Virus record (IMG/VR): IMGVR_UViG_3300042539_000280
Coordinates: 1 to 64,000 of that record
Strand: one strand, 5' to 3'
Origin: a virus
DNA: 64,000 nt
Part shown: piece after piece, positions 9,182 through 17,630 of the stretch
How the letters are laid out: each line of letters begins with the position of its first letter
Position numbering within the stretch: position 1 is the first letter of the stretch
Position numbers and translations under genes: made by a program
The notes under the pieces: generated by a model
The model's database searches: none
The model's input: only the letters and a program-made list of their open reading frames with translations
Told to the model about the DNA's origin: nothing

Positions 9182-10082
9182 ATTTCTCCTCGAAAGCGAC
9201 TCTCCATTCGGGCACACGGTCCCACTGATGAACGACAGTCACTTTCGAACCATTGGCAAATACTTCGCCATTGGTAAATGTATAATCAACATTTCTAACA
9301 AATGGAAGAGGCATGTTAGGGTTTCTTTGGTATTCTTCACCAATACCACCTGAACCAGCCTGAATAGCAGGGAGGGAGGTACCCGCATGAACAACCCAAC
9401 CCTCAGTTGGATTGCTAAACTTTGTATTATACTTGTATGCTTCCATACCAAGAGCAATATTCATTGCTGCCTGATCTGGACCTCCGCCGCCTGGCACCTG
9501 TGGGTTTAGACCACGGCAAATTAGCCAGAGGTTTAGAGCAAAGTCTTTTAGTGCCATTCTTGTACCAGCAATTACACCAGCACAATAGATTTCTTTTGCC
9601 TTATTGTTCTCTAAGAAATACTCACCAAAGGCGTGCTTCAAATTGTTACGACCCCATGGTTCGGAAGCATAAGTCATGTTCTCCGAACCGACAAGCAATT
9701 GAGTGTTGGTAAGGAAAAATGTATCCAACCACTCGGTAGGATTAGACTGAAACACAACGTCTCTAACGTCTGTCATAACTACACGGTCAACGTCCATAGG
9801 ATGCTCTAGCATTTCAAGCAGACTGTATAGATGGAAGAAACGGTCGACCATGACCGAACCACGAGAATTATCGTGAGTGAAACCAGTGTTTTCATCAAAC
9901 TGGTTACAACCGATAATCATGAATCCTTCATCGGTTAGTTTCTTGACCGTAGGTGCATCCATGTTATAAACAAGGAGGGCCTTGTGTCCGGTGAATCCTG
10001 ATTTCTTGATTGAGTTGGCCCAATACTTGATCTGGTCCCAATTATAACGATCAACTACACCAACGATTAGGTCTTTAGCCAT
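9174..10082 (-). CDS. Putative GT-A fold glycosyltransferase-like protein
   Basis: VVMTDVRDVVFQSNP, AGVIAG, DQAAMN, VVHQWDR; lies in the glycan operon. Confidence 0.65.
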   Translation of the reverse strand: MAKDLIVGVVDRYNWDQIKYWANSIKKSGFTGHKALLVYNMDAPTVKKLTDEGFMIIGCNQFDENTGFTHDNSRGSVMVDRFFHLYSLLEMLEHPMDVDRVVMTDVRDVVFQSNPTEWLDTFFLTNTQLLVGSENMTYASEPWGRNNLKHAFGEYFLENNKAKEIYCAGVIAGTRMALKDFALNLWLICRGLNPQVPGGGGPDQAAMNIALGMEAYKYNTKFSNPTEGWVVHAGTSLPAIQAGSGGIGEEYQRNPNMPLPFVRNVDYTFTNGEVFANGSKVTVVHQWDRVPEWRVAFEEKYG

Positions 10083-10819
10083 GGGTATTTTCCTCCATAA
10101 TAATTCTCTTGTGTTTTGTTACCTTCAACGAAAAATTCTTTTGTCACAGACCCCTCATTACCATCTAATCGGTAGCAAAGTGTGTGTTTACTGTTCGTAT
10201 CATATTTAGCATGTTCTTTGACAGCATAGAAATAACGGCGATCACCACCCCATCCAGAATGCCATAGATGACAAGTCTTTTGAATAAAATCTCGTGTGAA
10301 ACAGAATGATGATGTGTCGATTAGGTATTGCTTGCCATGATTAGAATGACGGGAACCGAAAATCTCCCACTTACCTAAGGATTCACAGTTATCATCCAGT
10401 AGATACTTTTTATCAGGTGAGTAAATCTTACGGAGAGAATATGAAAAGTCCAGTTTCTTGGATTCAATAGTCTTGACCAGTGTTTCAACGTGGTCTGGTT
10501 CGTACCAGTTATCTTCGTCTAGGAATAGAATATAATCTGAATTGATTAGATGTGGATATGCCGCATAGATGCGGTGACCATAAAAGTTACCACCTGTCTT
10601 ACCTGTGTTCTCTGGTGTCTTTACAATAATGCTATCATAACCATCATGCGGCCATGGCAAGCGGTCTGCTTTGACATCCTGTCCATCAAGGACGATTAGA
10701 TGCTTACAAGGATATGTCTGTGCTTTGACACTTTCAACAGCATCCCAAAGTTTAGGGGAACCAATTGTAGGAGTAATAACCGTTACGGTCTTGGGAGATT
10801 CTTCAATCACGAGTTGCAT
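10067..10819 (-). CDS. Glycosyltransferase family 2
   Basis: TVITPT, ESVKAQTY, LFLDEDNW (DxD), IDTS, GGDR. Confidence 0.85.
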   Translation of the reverse strand: MQLVIEESPKTVTVITPTIGSPKLWDAVESVKAQTYPCKHLIVLDGQDVKADRLPWPHDGYDSIIVKTPENTGKTGGNFYGHRIYAAYPHLINSDYILFLDEDNWYEPDHVETLVKTIESKKLDFSYSLRKIYSPDKKYLLDDNCESLGKWEIFGSRHSNHGKQYLIDTSSFCFTRDFIQKTCHLWHSGWGGDRRYFYAVKEHAKYDTNSKHTLCYRLDGNEGSVTKEFFVEGNKTQENYYGGKYPWLKT

Positions 10820-10825
10820 GATACC

Positions 10826-11137
10826 TCACATAGCATTATGATGATGGGTCTTACCATCGTGCGTATTTATATGTACCGATCTAACGTAGAAACATTCTTT
10901 TGCACCAGGAACAATAAACTTGTCACCTTTTTGCATTGTCTTATGATGTAGTTTAGAACTATATGGTGACTCACACTCACCGCCATTGATTAGAATGGAA
11001 CTAATCGCAACTCCATCTTCTTTAGCCTTACATTCAACATCACCACCATCTTTCTTATGGCAGTCAAATGCTTCGGCTAATGCTATAGAGGGAATAAAAC
11101 AGAGTAGAAGAATAAGTTTTTTCATCACAGGATCCAT
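10826..11137 (-). CDS. Small exported protein with signal peptide
   Basis: MKKLILLLCFIPSIALA signal peptide; four further Cys; His-rich C-terminus. Confidence 0.65.
   Translation of the reverse strand: MDPVMKKLILLLCFIPSIALAEAFDCHKKDGGDVECKAKEDGVAISSILINGGECESPYSSKLHHKTMQKGDKFIVPGAKECFYVRSVHINTHDGKTHHHNAM
10864..10871 (-). promoter_or_regulatory. T4-type late promoter TATAAATA upstream of the glycan operon
   Basis: Exact TATAAATA on the minus strand about 45 nt upstream of the GT2 start (10819). Confidence 0.6.
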
Positions 11138-11144
11138 AGTAAGT

Positions 11145-11164
11145 GGGGAGGGTTACCCCTCCCC
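11145..11164 (-). terminator. GC-rich stem-loop after hsp20 (possible terminator)
   Basis: GGGGAGGG-GTAA-CCCTCCCC; U-tract is weak. Confidence 0.5.
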
Positions 11165-11209
11165 GAATAAACCTTCTGGTGCGCCTAGGCGTGAAGGTTC
11201 TTATTAGCA

Positions 11210-11746
11210 TTATTTAGGAGTTACGGCATCCATGGTCTTTTGTGCCATATCGGCCCAGACCTTAGTGCTTTCATTCAGTAATTGCTTCGTCGCCTCGCCC
11301 ACACCGAATGGATCCATGATGTCGATTTTCTTCGCCTTCTTTTCTTCGGGGATATAGCGTTCAAGAGCAATTCTAAGTAGACCATTGACCAACTCCGCAT
11401 TTTTTACAACTACAGTATCAGCAAGGGTAAACTGGCGAGTGAAGGCACGATTGGCGATACCTTGATAAATATAGTCCTTATCTTCCGCTTCATGCTTACC
11501 AGTGATTGTTAGGGTATCATCCTTCAATTCAATATCAAGATTTTGCTTGCCGAAACCGGCAACGGCCATTTCGATTTCAAAATGCTCGTCGTCAATCTTT
11601 TTGATATTGTATGGTGGATAGGTAGGGATCTTTGGCATTGCTTCTGCTGCCTCACGGAAACGTTCCAGAACCTGGTCGAATCCAATAAATTGCTTAGTGA
11701 GGTTAGGAATACCAAAGTTTTCGGTATTGAATTTATAGTTTGTCAT
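11210..11746 (-). CDS. Small heat-shock protein (Hsp20/IbpA-like)
   Basis: FIGFD, YPPYNI, IEMAVAGF, YIYQGIANRAF, AELVNGLLRIAL, PEEKKAKKI. Confidence 0.95.
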   Translation of the reverse strand: MTNYKFNTENFGIPNLTKQFIGFDQVLERFREAAEAMPKIPTYPPYNIKKIDDEHFEIEMAVAGFGKQNLDIELKDDTLTITGKHEAEDKDYIYQGIANRAFTRQFTLADTVVVKNAELVNGLLRIALERYIPEEKKAKKIDIMDPFGVGEATKQLLNESTKVWADMAQKTMDAVTPK

Positions 11747-11797
11747 TGTAGTCTCCTTTTCAGCGAGATATAAAAACGATACCTTTCGGCTATCGTC
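11747..11797 (-). promoter_or_regulatory. ROSE-like RNA thermometer in the hsp20 5'UTR
   Basis: Hairpin ACGAUA-g-CC-GAAA-GG-UAUCGU followed by UCUC-G-CU-GAAA-AG-GAGA, in which UCGCU pairs with the AGGAGA Shine-Dalgarno. Confidence 0.7.
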
Positions 11798-11801
11798 ATA
11801 T

Positions 11802-11831
11802 ATTATATAGTAAACTTTATACGTTTGTCAA
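11802..11831 (-). promoter_or_regulatory. Sigma70-type promoter for hsp20
   Basis: TTGACA-N18-TATAAT. Confidence 0.7.
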
Positions 11832-11838
11832 GAAAAAT

Positions 11839-12174
11839 TTATCCAATCAACCAATATGTTCCGTTAGAAAATACAGGAACGGCATTTGAACCACCACCAA
11901 ATACTCTTGTATTGAAAGTTGTATTATTCGCATCAGTAACAAATGAACGAGAACCTAAAGTAGGTGAAGGAAGAACCGCAACCGTATTGGGTCTCGAATA
12001 TTGTGTGCCTACCGTATCGACATTGAAAACTGTATTACCGTCTACACTAAAATTCAATACTTTTGAATTGGTATTAGCGCCATATCCAAGAGTAGAAATG
12101 GACATAGAAATAGCATTATATACGTTGCTATTGGACATCCAAACTTGTGTCATATTTGCAATTGATACTGTCAT
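11839..12174 (-). CDS. Small Asn-rich virion-type protein (tail-fibre C-terminal module-like)
   Basis: C-terminal TVAVLPS...SFVTDA...GGGSNAVPVFSNGTYWLIG resembles a recurrent phage fibre end module. Confidence 0.6.
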   Translation of the reverse strand: MTVSIANMTQVWMSNSNVYNAISMSISTLGYGANTNSKVLNFSVDGNTVFNVDTVGTQYSRPNTVAVLPSPTLGSRSFVTDANNTTFNTRVFGGGSNAVPVFSNGTYWLIG

Positions 12175-12890
12175 ACTGTTATCACCGATGCTGTTAGATT
12201 TTGTGTTGGATATAAATTGAAATAATCGTCAATAACTATATATTGGCCGTCATCTTGAACAAGAGCGTTAGTAACAGTATCCACGGCAGGATAACTATAT
12301 TCATATGAAACAACTCTACTGTCAATAACATTAGAAAACGAAAACGTTACACCCGACGTTTGCCCCGTTACGGTTGTACCTGCTGTGATTGGTGTGCCTT
12401 GCATGTTATTCAATTGTGCAACGGCAGCACCACCACCTATCTGTGTAAAGTTTTGTACCGTACCTATAATCTGGCCTGCAACTGATACCAATTCACCTAT
12501 TTGCAGCGGATTGAATCCTATAATTTGACCTAATCCACCAAGAATAGGTTGCATCATACCTAGACCGGCCATACCTGATCCCATACCAATCATCACATTA
12601 GGCGAACCCATTATAGGTATAGGCAAACCTTGAACATGAGGTATAAGACCCAACACATCTGGTGATGCCATACTAACAATTGAAGGAATAGCAGGTATGC
12701 CGCCGATCATTACATTGTGTTGTAATACATTTATAAGCATACCCAAATTGTTATGTGTATCTCTATCACCTTCTACTGCGGGAACCATATTGTTTATTTT
12801 GATAGGAAGCGCAGAGGCTAATCCTGGTACAGTAATACCACCACACATTCTCATAGCATATGATAGACAAAGGTGAATTGGAAATGTCAT
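12171..12890 (-). CDS. PAAR-like spike-tip protein with C-terminal extension
   Basis: IKINNMVPAVEGDRDTH, NVMIGGIPAI, GSPNVMIG repeats. Confidence 0.55.
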   Translation of the reverse strand: MTFPIHLCLSYAMRMCGGITVPGLASALPIKINNMVPAVEGDRDTHNNLGMLINVLQHNVMIGGIPAIPSIVSMASPDVLGLIPHVQGLPIPIMGSPNVMIGMGSGMAGLGMMQPILGGLGQIIGFNPLQIGELVSVAGQIIGTVQNFTQIGGGAAVAQLNNMQGTPITAGTTVTGQTSGVTFSFSNVIDSRVVSYEYSYPAVDTVTNALVQDDGQYIVIDDYFNLYPTQNLTASVITV

Positions 12891-13552
12891 GCTTTCTTCT
12901 TAGGTCTCCCCGGTCCCTTTTTCTTTACAACCGATTTAGATACTTCTTCTTTGGTAACTGATCTTCTATGATTAGATGTCTTTGCTGCTCTCTTTACAAA
13001 ATCAGGAATCTCAGGTTCTTTGATATTTAGAGTGATTGTGCCTGCACTCTCGGTAATGCCAGTTGAACCCATACCACCTGTGCGGTCAGTCTTGAGAATA
13101 GGTCTGACAGCGGTTTCTACGATATCAAAATCTTCGTCTTTGACTAACTCAGCTTGTGCAATACGGTCACCACCACTAATAGTAATAGGATTTCCACTAA
13201 TATTGTAAACAAGTACCATTACCTCCTGAACATAGTCGGAATCAATAACACCCTCGGCATTAGCAAGTACCAGGCCTTGCTTCAAGGACGCACCGGAACG
13301 GGCGTGGAGACGCACCGAGTAACCCTTTGGTATGTCCATGATCAAACCAGTTGGCACCATAATCCTATCGCCTGGCTGAACAATAATCTGATTGTTCATA
13401 GGACGTTTGAAGTTCTTATTGTTGGTGCTATAACCTTCATAGTTACTCTTACCGAATCCTTGAAAGGATAGGTCAAAACAAGCCGACTGTGCCGTTTGCT
13501 TTTGTGGGAGTTTTATCATGGAATGTGTTCTATAAATTTTCAATGTAGTCAT
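12887..13552 (-). CDS. dut: Trimeric dUTPase with basic C-terminal tail
   Basis: SACFDL, ARSG, GVIDSDY, GDRIAQ, RTGGMGSTG. Confidence 0.93.
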   Translation of the reverse strand: MTTLKIYRTHSMIKLPQKQTAQSACFDLSFQGFGKSNYEGYSTNNKNFKRPMNNQIIVQPGDRIMVPTGLIMDIPKGYSVRLHARSGASLKQGLVLANAEGVIDSDYVQEVMVLVYNISGNPITISGGDRIAQAELVKDEDFDIVETAVRPILKTDRTGGMGSTGITESAGTITLNIKEPEIPDFVKRAAKTSNHRRSVTKEEVSKSVVKKKGPGRPKKKA

Positions 13553-13567
13553 AACAAACTCACTTTC

Positions 13568-13984
13568 TTATTCTGGATAACGCTTCTTACCTAGTGAATA
13601 CTTGGCAACAAGGTTCCATTCATTCTTTTCACCGTATGAAATAATTTTGATTCTGTTTAGTGGAGTTAGAGGTTCTTCTGATTTGGTAGAATCGATTAGT
13701 TCAACCAATCCCCATTCTGCTAGTAGATTAGCAATGGTGTTTCTTCTACCACGATCCTCTTCCGAGAAATCGGTTGGTTTACCATCTAACATAAACATTT
13801 CTTTGAAATGAACTAAGTAATATCTACCCTGCTTATGAAGGATATGACATGACTGGTACAAAGTTTTGTCCTTCTTGGACGCAACACCAATACGGGTCAA
13901 TGTTTCTTTTACCTTCAAGAAGGCTTGTGGGTCAGGTAATCTAACTTCCACGAAGTCGTCTAGGTTTACTGTCATCTGTGCCAC
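13568..13984 (-). CDS. regA: Translational repressor RegA
   Basis: FLKVKETLTRIGVAS, LYQSCHILHKQGRYYLVHFKE. Confidence 0.96.
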   Translation of the reverse strand: MAQMTVNLDDFVEVRLPDPQAFLKVKETLTRIGVASKKDKTLYQSCHILHKQGRYYLVHFKEMFMLDGKPTDFSEEDRGRRNTIANLLAEWGLVELIDSTKSEEPLTPLNRIKIISYGEKNEWNLVAKYSLGKKRYPE

Positions 13985-14357
13985 CTTTATAAATTCTTTT
14001 TCTAATTTCTTCTAGTTGGGCATCGCTGAGTAGAACCATCACATCTTTCGCCTTGGCGTCTGAATATCCATAATATTCTTTCACGGCTTCGAGGTCATCA
14101 GGTTTCTCCCTTTTGACCCATTTCTGATATGGTCTTTTATACCCTCGTATCTTATTTAGTAAATAGTGGTATTGCATAGTACCAGGCAGATTAGGCAACT
14201 TATTCATTTCATTAGATTGTAGCACACAGTCATAATGAAAAGACAATGCCTTATTTACGATAAAGGCATTATAATCTTTCTCATTATCCAAAACGTCTTT
14301 CTTATTCTGGAGGACAGATGGAATGATATCTTTGAATAGATCAGTCAACAAGGTCAC
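13941..14357 (-). CDS. gp62: Clamp loader small subunit
   Basis: YNAFIVNKALS, NEMN, AVKEYYGYS; synteny gp44-gp62-regA. Confidence 0.92.
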   Translation of the reverse strand: MTLLTDLFKDIIPSVLQNKKDVLDNEKDYNAFIVNKALSFHYDCVLQSNEMNKLPNLPGTMQYHYLLNKIRGYKRPYQKWVKREKPDDLEAVKEYYGYSDAKAKDVMVLLSDAQLEEIRKRIYKGGTDDSKPRRLRGS

Positions 14358-14760
14358 CTTTCAAATAATTTATGGCCCGATTCATTATCTCAATGTTATC
14401 TTGGAACATACCTATACCTCTGTTACAAGAATGACAGATATATCCTCTATACTCTCCTGTAATATGATCGTGATCCATAACCCAACCACTTTTCAAATGC
14501 ATACCTCCTGAACCCAGGACTTCATCATGGTTTCTTTTACATATAGGACATATATGCTTGTTGGGATCTTTCAGAGGATTCTGTTCTTTTAGTAGTTTTC
14601 TAACCTTGTTATGTTTTCTGGTACATTCTTTACATTCATAGTAAAGATAGTTTGCCCCGGATGCTTTTCCAAAACAACTTAACGGTAGATCCCTACCGCA
14701 CTTTCTACAGTATTTAGTTTTAACTTCTTTACCGAAGATTTCATCCGGAAACAAACTCAC
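14341..14760 (-). CDS. Free-standing EndoVII-type (His-Me) endonuclease
   Basis: CxxC zinc fingers; DHDHITGEYRGYICHSCNRGIGMF. Confidence 0.85.
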   Translation of the reverse strand: MSLFPDEIFGKEVKTKYCRKCGRDLPLSCFGKASGANYLYYECKECTRKHNKVRKLLKEQNPLKDPNKHICPICKRNHDEVLGSGGMHLKSGWVMDHDHITGEYRGYICHSCNRGIGMFQDNIEIMNRAINYLKGDLVD

Positions 14761-15695
14761 TTGGTTTCACACTCCACCATAATCTCTGTTAGACATGCCA
14801 CGAGATTGATTTCTTTATCAGCAACAAAGGCCTCTTGATACTGATACTTACCAATGGTAACAACAGCATATGGGATACTATCAGGTTTTAGAAAGTCCGT
14901 CAACCCGTCATAGATATCACGGTAGATACGAGCCGGATCAACGTCAGAGTTTACAACAACCCACTTACGCATGGCACCAAAATCTTTCTCACGCAAGGCA
15001 CTCACGAGTTGTTCTAGTTTTCTTACGCCATCGACTTGAGCAAGAACACCAGCATCAATGCTTCCAGCAGAAGAATAGCGTTGTAACTCGTTGAGAGTTC
15101 GTCGATAGTCTGGGAAATAACGTTCGACAATCTTTGCCAAAACTTGCTTGTCATAATCAATACCCTCCTGTGTGCAAATGTTAGTTAGTCTCTTGAACAT
15201 CTGTGCGGCCATCTTGGACTTTTCATCACCTTTTAGTGTAAAGTCCACTACAGCAGAACGAGAATGTAAGGCATCCATAAGGCGTGCCTTGAAATTACAA
15301 GTAAAGATAAAAGAGCAATTAGCAGAAAACTCCTCAATCGCACCACGCAGGCCTGCCTGTGCCTCTGGAGTTAGATAGTCTGCCTCGTCAAGGATGATAA
15401 CCTTACGGCCACCTGTTAGAGATATAGTAGATGCATAACTCTTGATACGGTTACGCAGCATATCGATACCACGTTCCTCAGACGAATTGATAAAGATATG
15501 GTTCAAACCAATCTCCTCACACATCGCCTTGGCAACTGTAGTCTTACCGCAACCGGCAGGACCGGTCAACATAAGATTTGGAATATCACCGTTCTTCACA
15601 TACTCCTGAAACACCGCTTTCAGGCGTTCAGGAAGAATACAGTCCTCGATCTTGTGAGGACGATACTTTTCCACAAACAAAAATTCTTCCATCAT
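14757..15695 (-). CDS. gp44: Clamp loader large subunit
   Basis: VEKYRP, GPAGCGKTT, IILDEAD, FPDYRR, ADKEIN. Confidence 0.96.
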   Translation of the reverse strand: MMEEFLFVEKYRPHKIEDCILPERLKAVFQEYVKNGDIPNLMLTGPAGCGKTTVAKAMCEEIGLNHIFINSSEERGIDMLRNRIKSYASTISLTGGRKVIILDEADYLTPEAQAGLRGAIEEFSANCSFIFTCNFKARLMDALHSRSAVVDFTLKGDEKSKMAAQMFKRLTNICTQEGIDYDKQVLAKIVERYFPDYRRTLNELQRYSSAGSIDAGVLAQVDGVRKLEQLVSALREKDFGAMRKWVVVNSDVDPARIYRDIYDGLTDFLKPDSIPYAVVTIGKYQYQEAFVADKEINLVACLTEIMVECETK

Positions 15696-15701
15696 TCACC
15701 T

Positions 15702-16394
15702 TCATTTCATAACAAGCCAAAATCTTTTGAACCATACGTTACCTTCCATCTGTTCATAACATCCGGAAATATATTTCTCGTAGGTCCAATCATATATAAA
15801 AGATATCTTTTGATTGTTCAACCATTGGTTTTCGACATTGAGTTCACTGTCATCTAATCTAAGAAACTTACAACCATTGTTGGTGAGTTCCCTCTCCACT
15901 TCTTCCTGCGTAAAGTAAGTTCTGGTATTTTTCTTGGTGCAGTATCCATATACTGTATCAAAATCATTTAGATTCAATACGGTATTGTTTTGTGCAACAT
16001 TAGCAGCAACAGTGGATTCTAATATCATTAGATTGGAATGATTCAGGGCATTTGTTATATCATTCCTCCAATTTTGAAGGTGATATAACAGACCCATATG
16101 TATGACTAGATCAAACTTTTGGTTTAGGTCATAATCATTATCATTGTCTATCAATGCAAAACCAGCGGAGTAATTATATAAGTCTTTTAGTCTTTTGTCA
16201 ATATCCTCTAGGTATTCCATTCTCTCGTCGGAAAAGACTACCTCTGATCCTAGTCTGAGAAATTCCATACCAATGTCTCCATGGGCGCAACCCAGTTCCA
16301 AAATTCTTTTGTTTTGGAACCAGGTTTCACCGAAGATATTGACTATCTTGTTTAGTCGCTTTTTGTAATACTGTTCATAAAACAGTGATTTCAT
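15702..16394 (-). CDS. Class I SAM-dependent methyltransferase, AT-rich
   Basis: ILELGCAHG, FDLVIHMGLLYHL. Confidence 0.8.
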   Translation of the reverse strand: MKSLFYEQYYKKRLNKIVNIFGETWFQNKRILELGCAHGDIGMEFLRLGSEVVFSDERMEYLEDIDKRLKDLYNYSAGFALIDNDNDYDLNQKFDLVIHMGLLYHLQNWRNDITNALNHSNLMILESTVAANVAQNNTVLNLNDFDTVYGYCTKKNTRTYFTQEEVERELTNNGCKFLRLDDSELNVENQWLNNQKISFIYDWTYEKYISGCYEQMEGNVWFKRFWLVMK

Positions 16395-16690
16395 TAGGGC
16401 GCAGTTTTTTCAATAACAGTTGAATAAAACTCCTCAAAGTCGGTATTCTCCTGAACCTCGTCCTTGAAGTTTGCCTTGAAATAGGCCTTTGCCATACGAC
16501 GAAAGAGTTTCTTATCAACACCTAACTTGTCACAGTTCTCATTGACAATCTCTTTCATCAACTCACGTTCGGCAGCAATGCGGGTCATGGAGTCATTCAT
16601 TTCCATGATGGCCTTGCGGAACAACTTACGATCCTCATCTGTAAGACCCTGTACCGAACGCTGCTGCTGGTTATGACCAATCATACTCAT
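16394..16690 (-). CDS. dsDNA-binding protein (T4 DsbA/GapR-like)
   Basis: IGHN N-terminus; LGVDKKLFRRMAKAYFK...E..YSTV parallels T4 DsbA. Confidence 0.7.
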   Translation of the reverse strand: MSMIGHNQQQRSVQGLTDEDRKLFRKAIMEMNDSMTRIAAERELMKEIVNENCDKLGVDKKLFRRMAKAYFKANFKDEVQENTDFEEFYSTVIEKTAP

Positions 16691-16799
16691 TATAGACCCC
16701 CATATCCAATACCACAATGCTTCTGCTTTGCGGTCTGCTTTGTTTCAAGTAGTTCAATAACCTTCAATAGAAGGCTTACCATATAACGATCATCAAACA

Positions 16800-16961
16800 T
16801 TAGTCCACCTCTATAACTGCCGAAGGATTGATACATACTGAAGGTGTGGCATAAACTCCGCCAGCATCTTGACATTTCTTTTCGAGACTTAGTGTTAGGG
16901 TTATATCTGCTGCTGTAATAAGAACCAACAAGAAAACCGATCCAATAAGAATTTTATCCAT
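16800..16961 (-). CDS. Small membrane protein (53 aa; not in ORF track)
   Basis: MDKILIGSVFLLVLITAA...; TAATG coupling at both ends. Confidence 0.55.
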   Translation of the reverse strand: MDKILIGSVFLLVLITAADITLTLSLEKKCQDAGGVYATPSVCINPSAVIEVD

Positions 16962-17614
16962 TACTTTGCCTCTTGCGAAACAAAATACTTGAGGTTGCCG
17001 TCCTTATTCACAAACTGGGCAAATGCACCAATCTGTAATTCAACGTCGTAGTCATCAGGGACAAGTTTGAGATTTTCAGTCTTGAATGTGGCCTTGAAGT
17101 CATTGCCAGCATAATCACCAAGGCGTGATGCACCATGATTGGAAGTATCATTACCTGGATCATAGACCTTGAGAAGAAGCGAACCATTCTCACCAACAAG
17201 TGAAATGTGGGTTAGAGAGTTCATGTTGGCAACCTTGAGTAGACGAGAAAAGTTTGCGTTAGATAGTTCAAACTTTACATCAACCGACTTTAGTGCCAGT
17301 TCCTTGTTTGGAGGTGTGATGATTAGATTGGGTGAACAGGCCATATAGGTGAGGGTAAAGTCACCGTCTGTCATAACGGCATGTTCTTTGGTAAAGTTGA
17401 GTTCTGGATTCTTGAGTGAGGTAACGTTACCTAGAAAGTTATTCAGATCATAGATACCAAACTCGGACGGAAAGTCGTCATCAAGGGTTGCCTCAACAAG
17501 GATCTGTTTATTGGCATCAATAGACTTCTGCACCTTACCTGGGCGGAAGACCACACCAGAATTGATTGAAGCAAAATTCTTGAGAACGGCAAGGGTCTTA
17601 TCACTAAACTTCAT
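16961..17614 (-). CDS. gp45: Sliding clamp
   Basis: MKFSDKTLAVLKNFASINSG, FGIYDLNNFL. Confidence 0.96.
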   Translation of the reverse strand: MKFSDKTLAVLKNFASINSGVVFRPGKVQKSIDANKQILVEATLDDDFPSEFGIYDLNNFLGNVTSLKNPELNFTKEHAVMTDGDFTLTYMACSPNLIITPPNKELALKSVDVKFELSNANFSRLLKVANMNSLTHISLVGENGSLLLKVYDPGNDTSNHGASRLGDYAGNDFKATFKTENLKLVPDDYDVELQIGAFAQFVNKDGNLKYFVSQEAK

Positions 17615-17630
17615 TATATACTCCTTTGTA

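Noticed and set aside
1857-10819. Bacterial O-antigen/capsule locus (host contamination)
   Set aside because: No wzx/wzy/ABC transporter; continuous with T4-like genes and shares their late promoter motif and codon style
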